NCBI GenBank assembly: GCA_037147375.1
Contig: JBAWVI010000017.1
Span: 1-13,230, forward strand
Direction of reading: 5' to 3'
Source of the DNA: an archaeon
GTDB taxonomy: Archaea > Iainarchaeota > Iainarchaeia > Iainarchaeales > CSSED10-239
DNA length: 13,230 nt
In this document: in pieces, positions 13,048 through 13,230 of the stretch
Layout of the letters: the number at the start of each line of letters is the position of its first letter
How positions within the stretch are numbered: position 1 is the first letter of the stretch
Notes under the pieces: generated by a model
Seen by the model: the letters and a program-made list of their open reading frames with translations, nothing else
Told to the model about the DNA's origin: nothing
The model's database searches: none
Program-made: the position numbers and the translations under genes

Positions 13048-13230
13048 CTATTCAATAGGCACATTCCCTTCTGTACAATCATCTTTGTAAGTTCCAGCAT
13101 TAGCAATTATCTCAGTAATCCTACTACCATTAATATCTACTTTATCTGAAACCCATTTAATATATGTTGAATTTGCTCCATTATAAACACAAGCATTTCC
13201 GTTTTCAATTTCTTTGAAAAGATCTTGTAT
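13048..13230 (-). CDS. C-terminal 60 codons of an unidentified protein whose start lies beyond the right edge.
   Basis: Open minus-strand frame from 13230 to TAG at 13048-13050, reading IQDLFKEIENGNACVYNGANSTYIKWVSDKVDINGSRITEIIANAGTYKDDCTEGNVPIE. Not in the ORF track because it is edge-truncated. No family recognised. Confidence 0.45.
   Translation of the reverse strand: MQDLFKEIENGNACVYNGANSTYIKWVSDKVDINGSRITEIIANAGTYKDDCTEGNVPIE

Overview
This is a strongly AT-rich 13.2 kb window in which every gene I can support lies on the minus strand. The backbone looks archaeal and housekeeping. It holds an archaeal-type alaS (edge-truncated and missing from the supplied ORF track), hisS with tRNA-His(GUG) directly upstream, and an archaeal-type thrS that lacks an editing domain and is broken by a +1 frame change. 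It also holds tRNA-Arg(GCG), an HU-like DNA-binding protein, a short DUF1846/UPF0371 protein, a hicB-hicA pair, a frame-disrupted double AbrB/SpoVT gene and two small membrane proteins. A small-genome archaeon (DPANN-like) is a reasonable guess, but it is only a guess. The most unusual part is a 3.7 kb accessory segment between alaS and hisS (2620-6378). Two divergent Fic-domain genes there bracket a tandem array of four small paralogs, each with an N-terminal membrane anchor and a conserved 8-Cys scaffold that I do not recognise as a described family. Decaying copies of the last ~20-60 bp of hisS sit between these cassettes, so the hisS 3' end appears to be a recombination or integration hotspot. 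Each Fic gene also has its own long perfect inverted repeat around an AT-rich TATA-like box right at its start. All calls come from reading the sequence and translations by hand, with no searches run.
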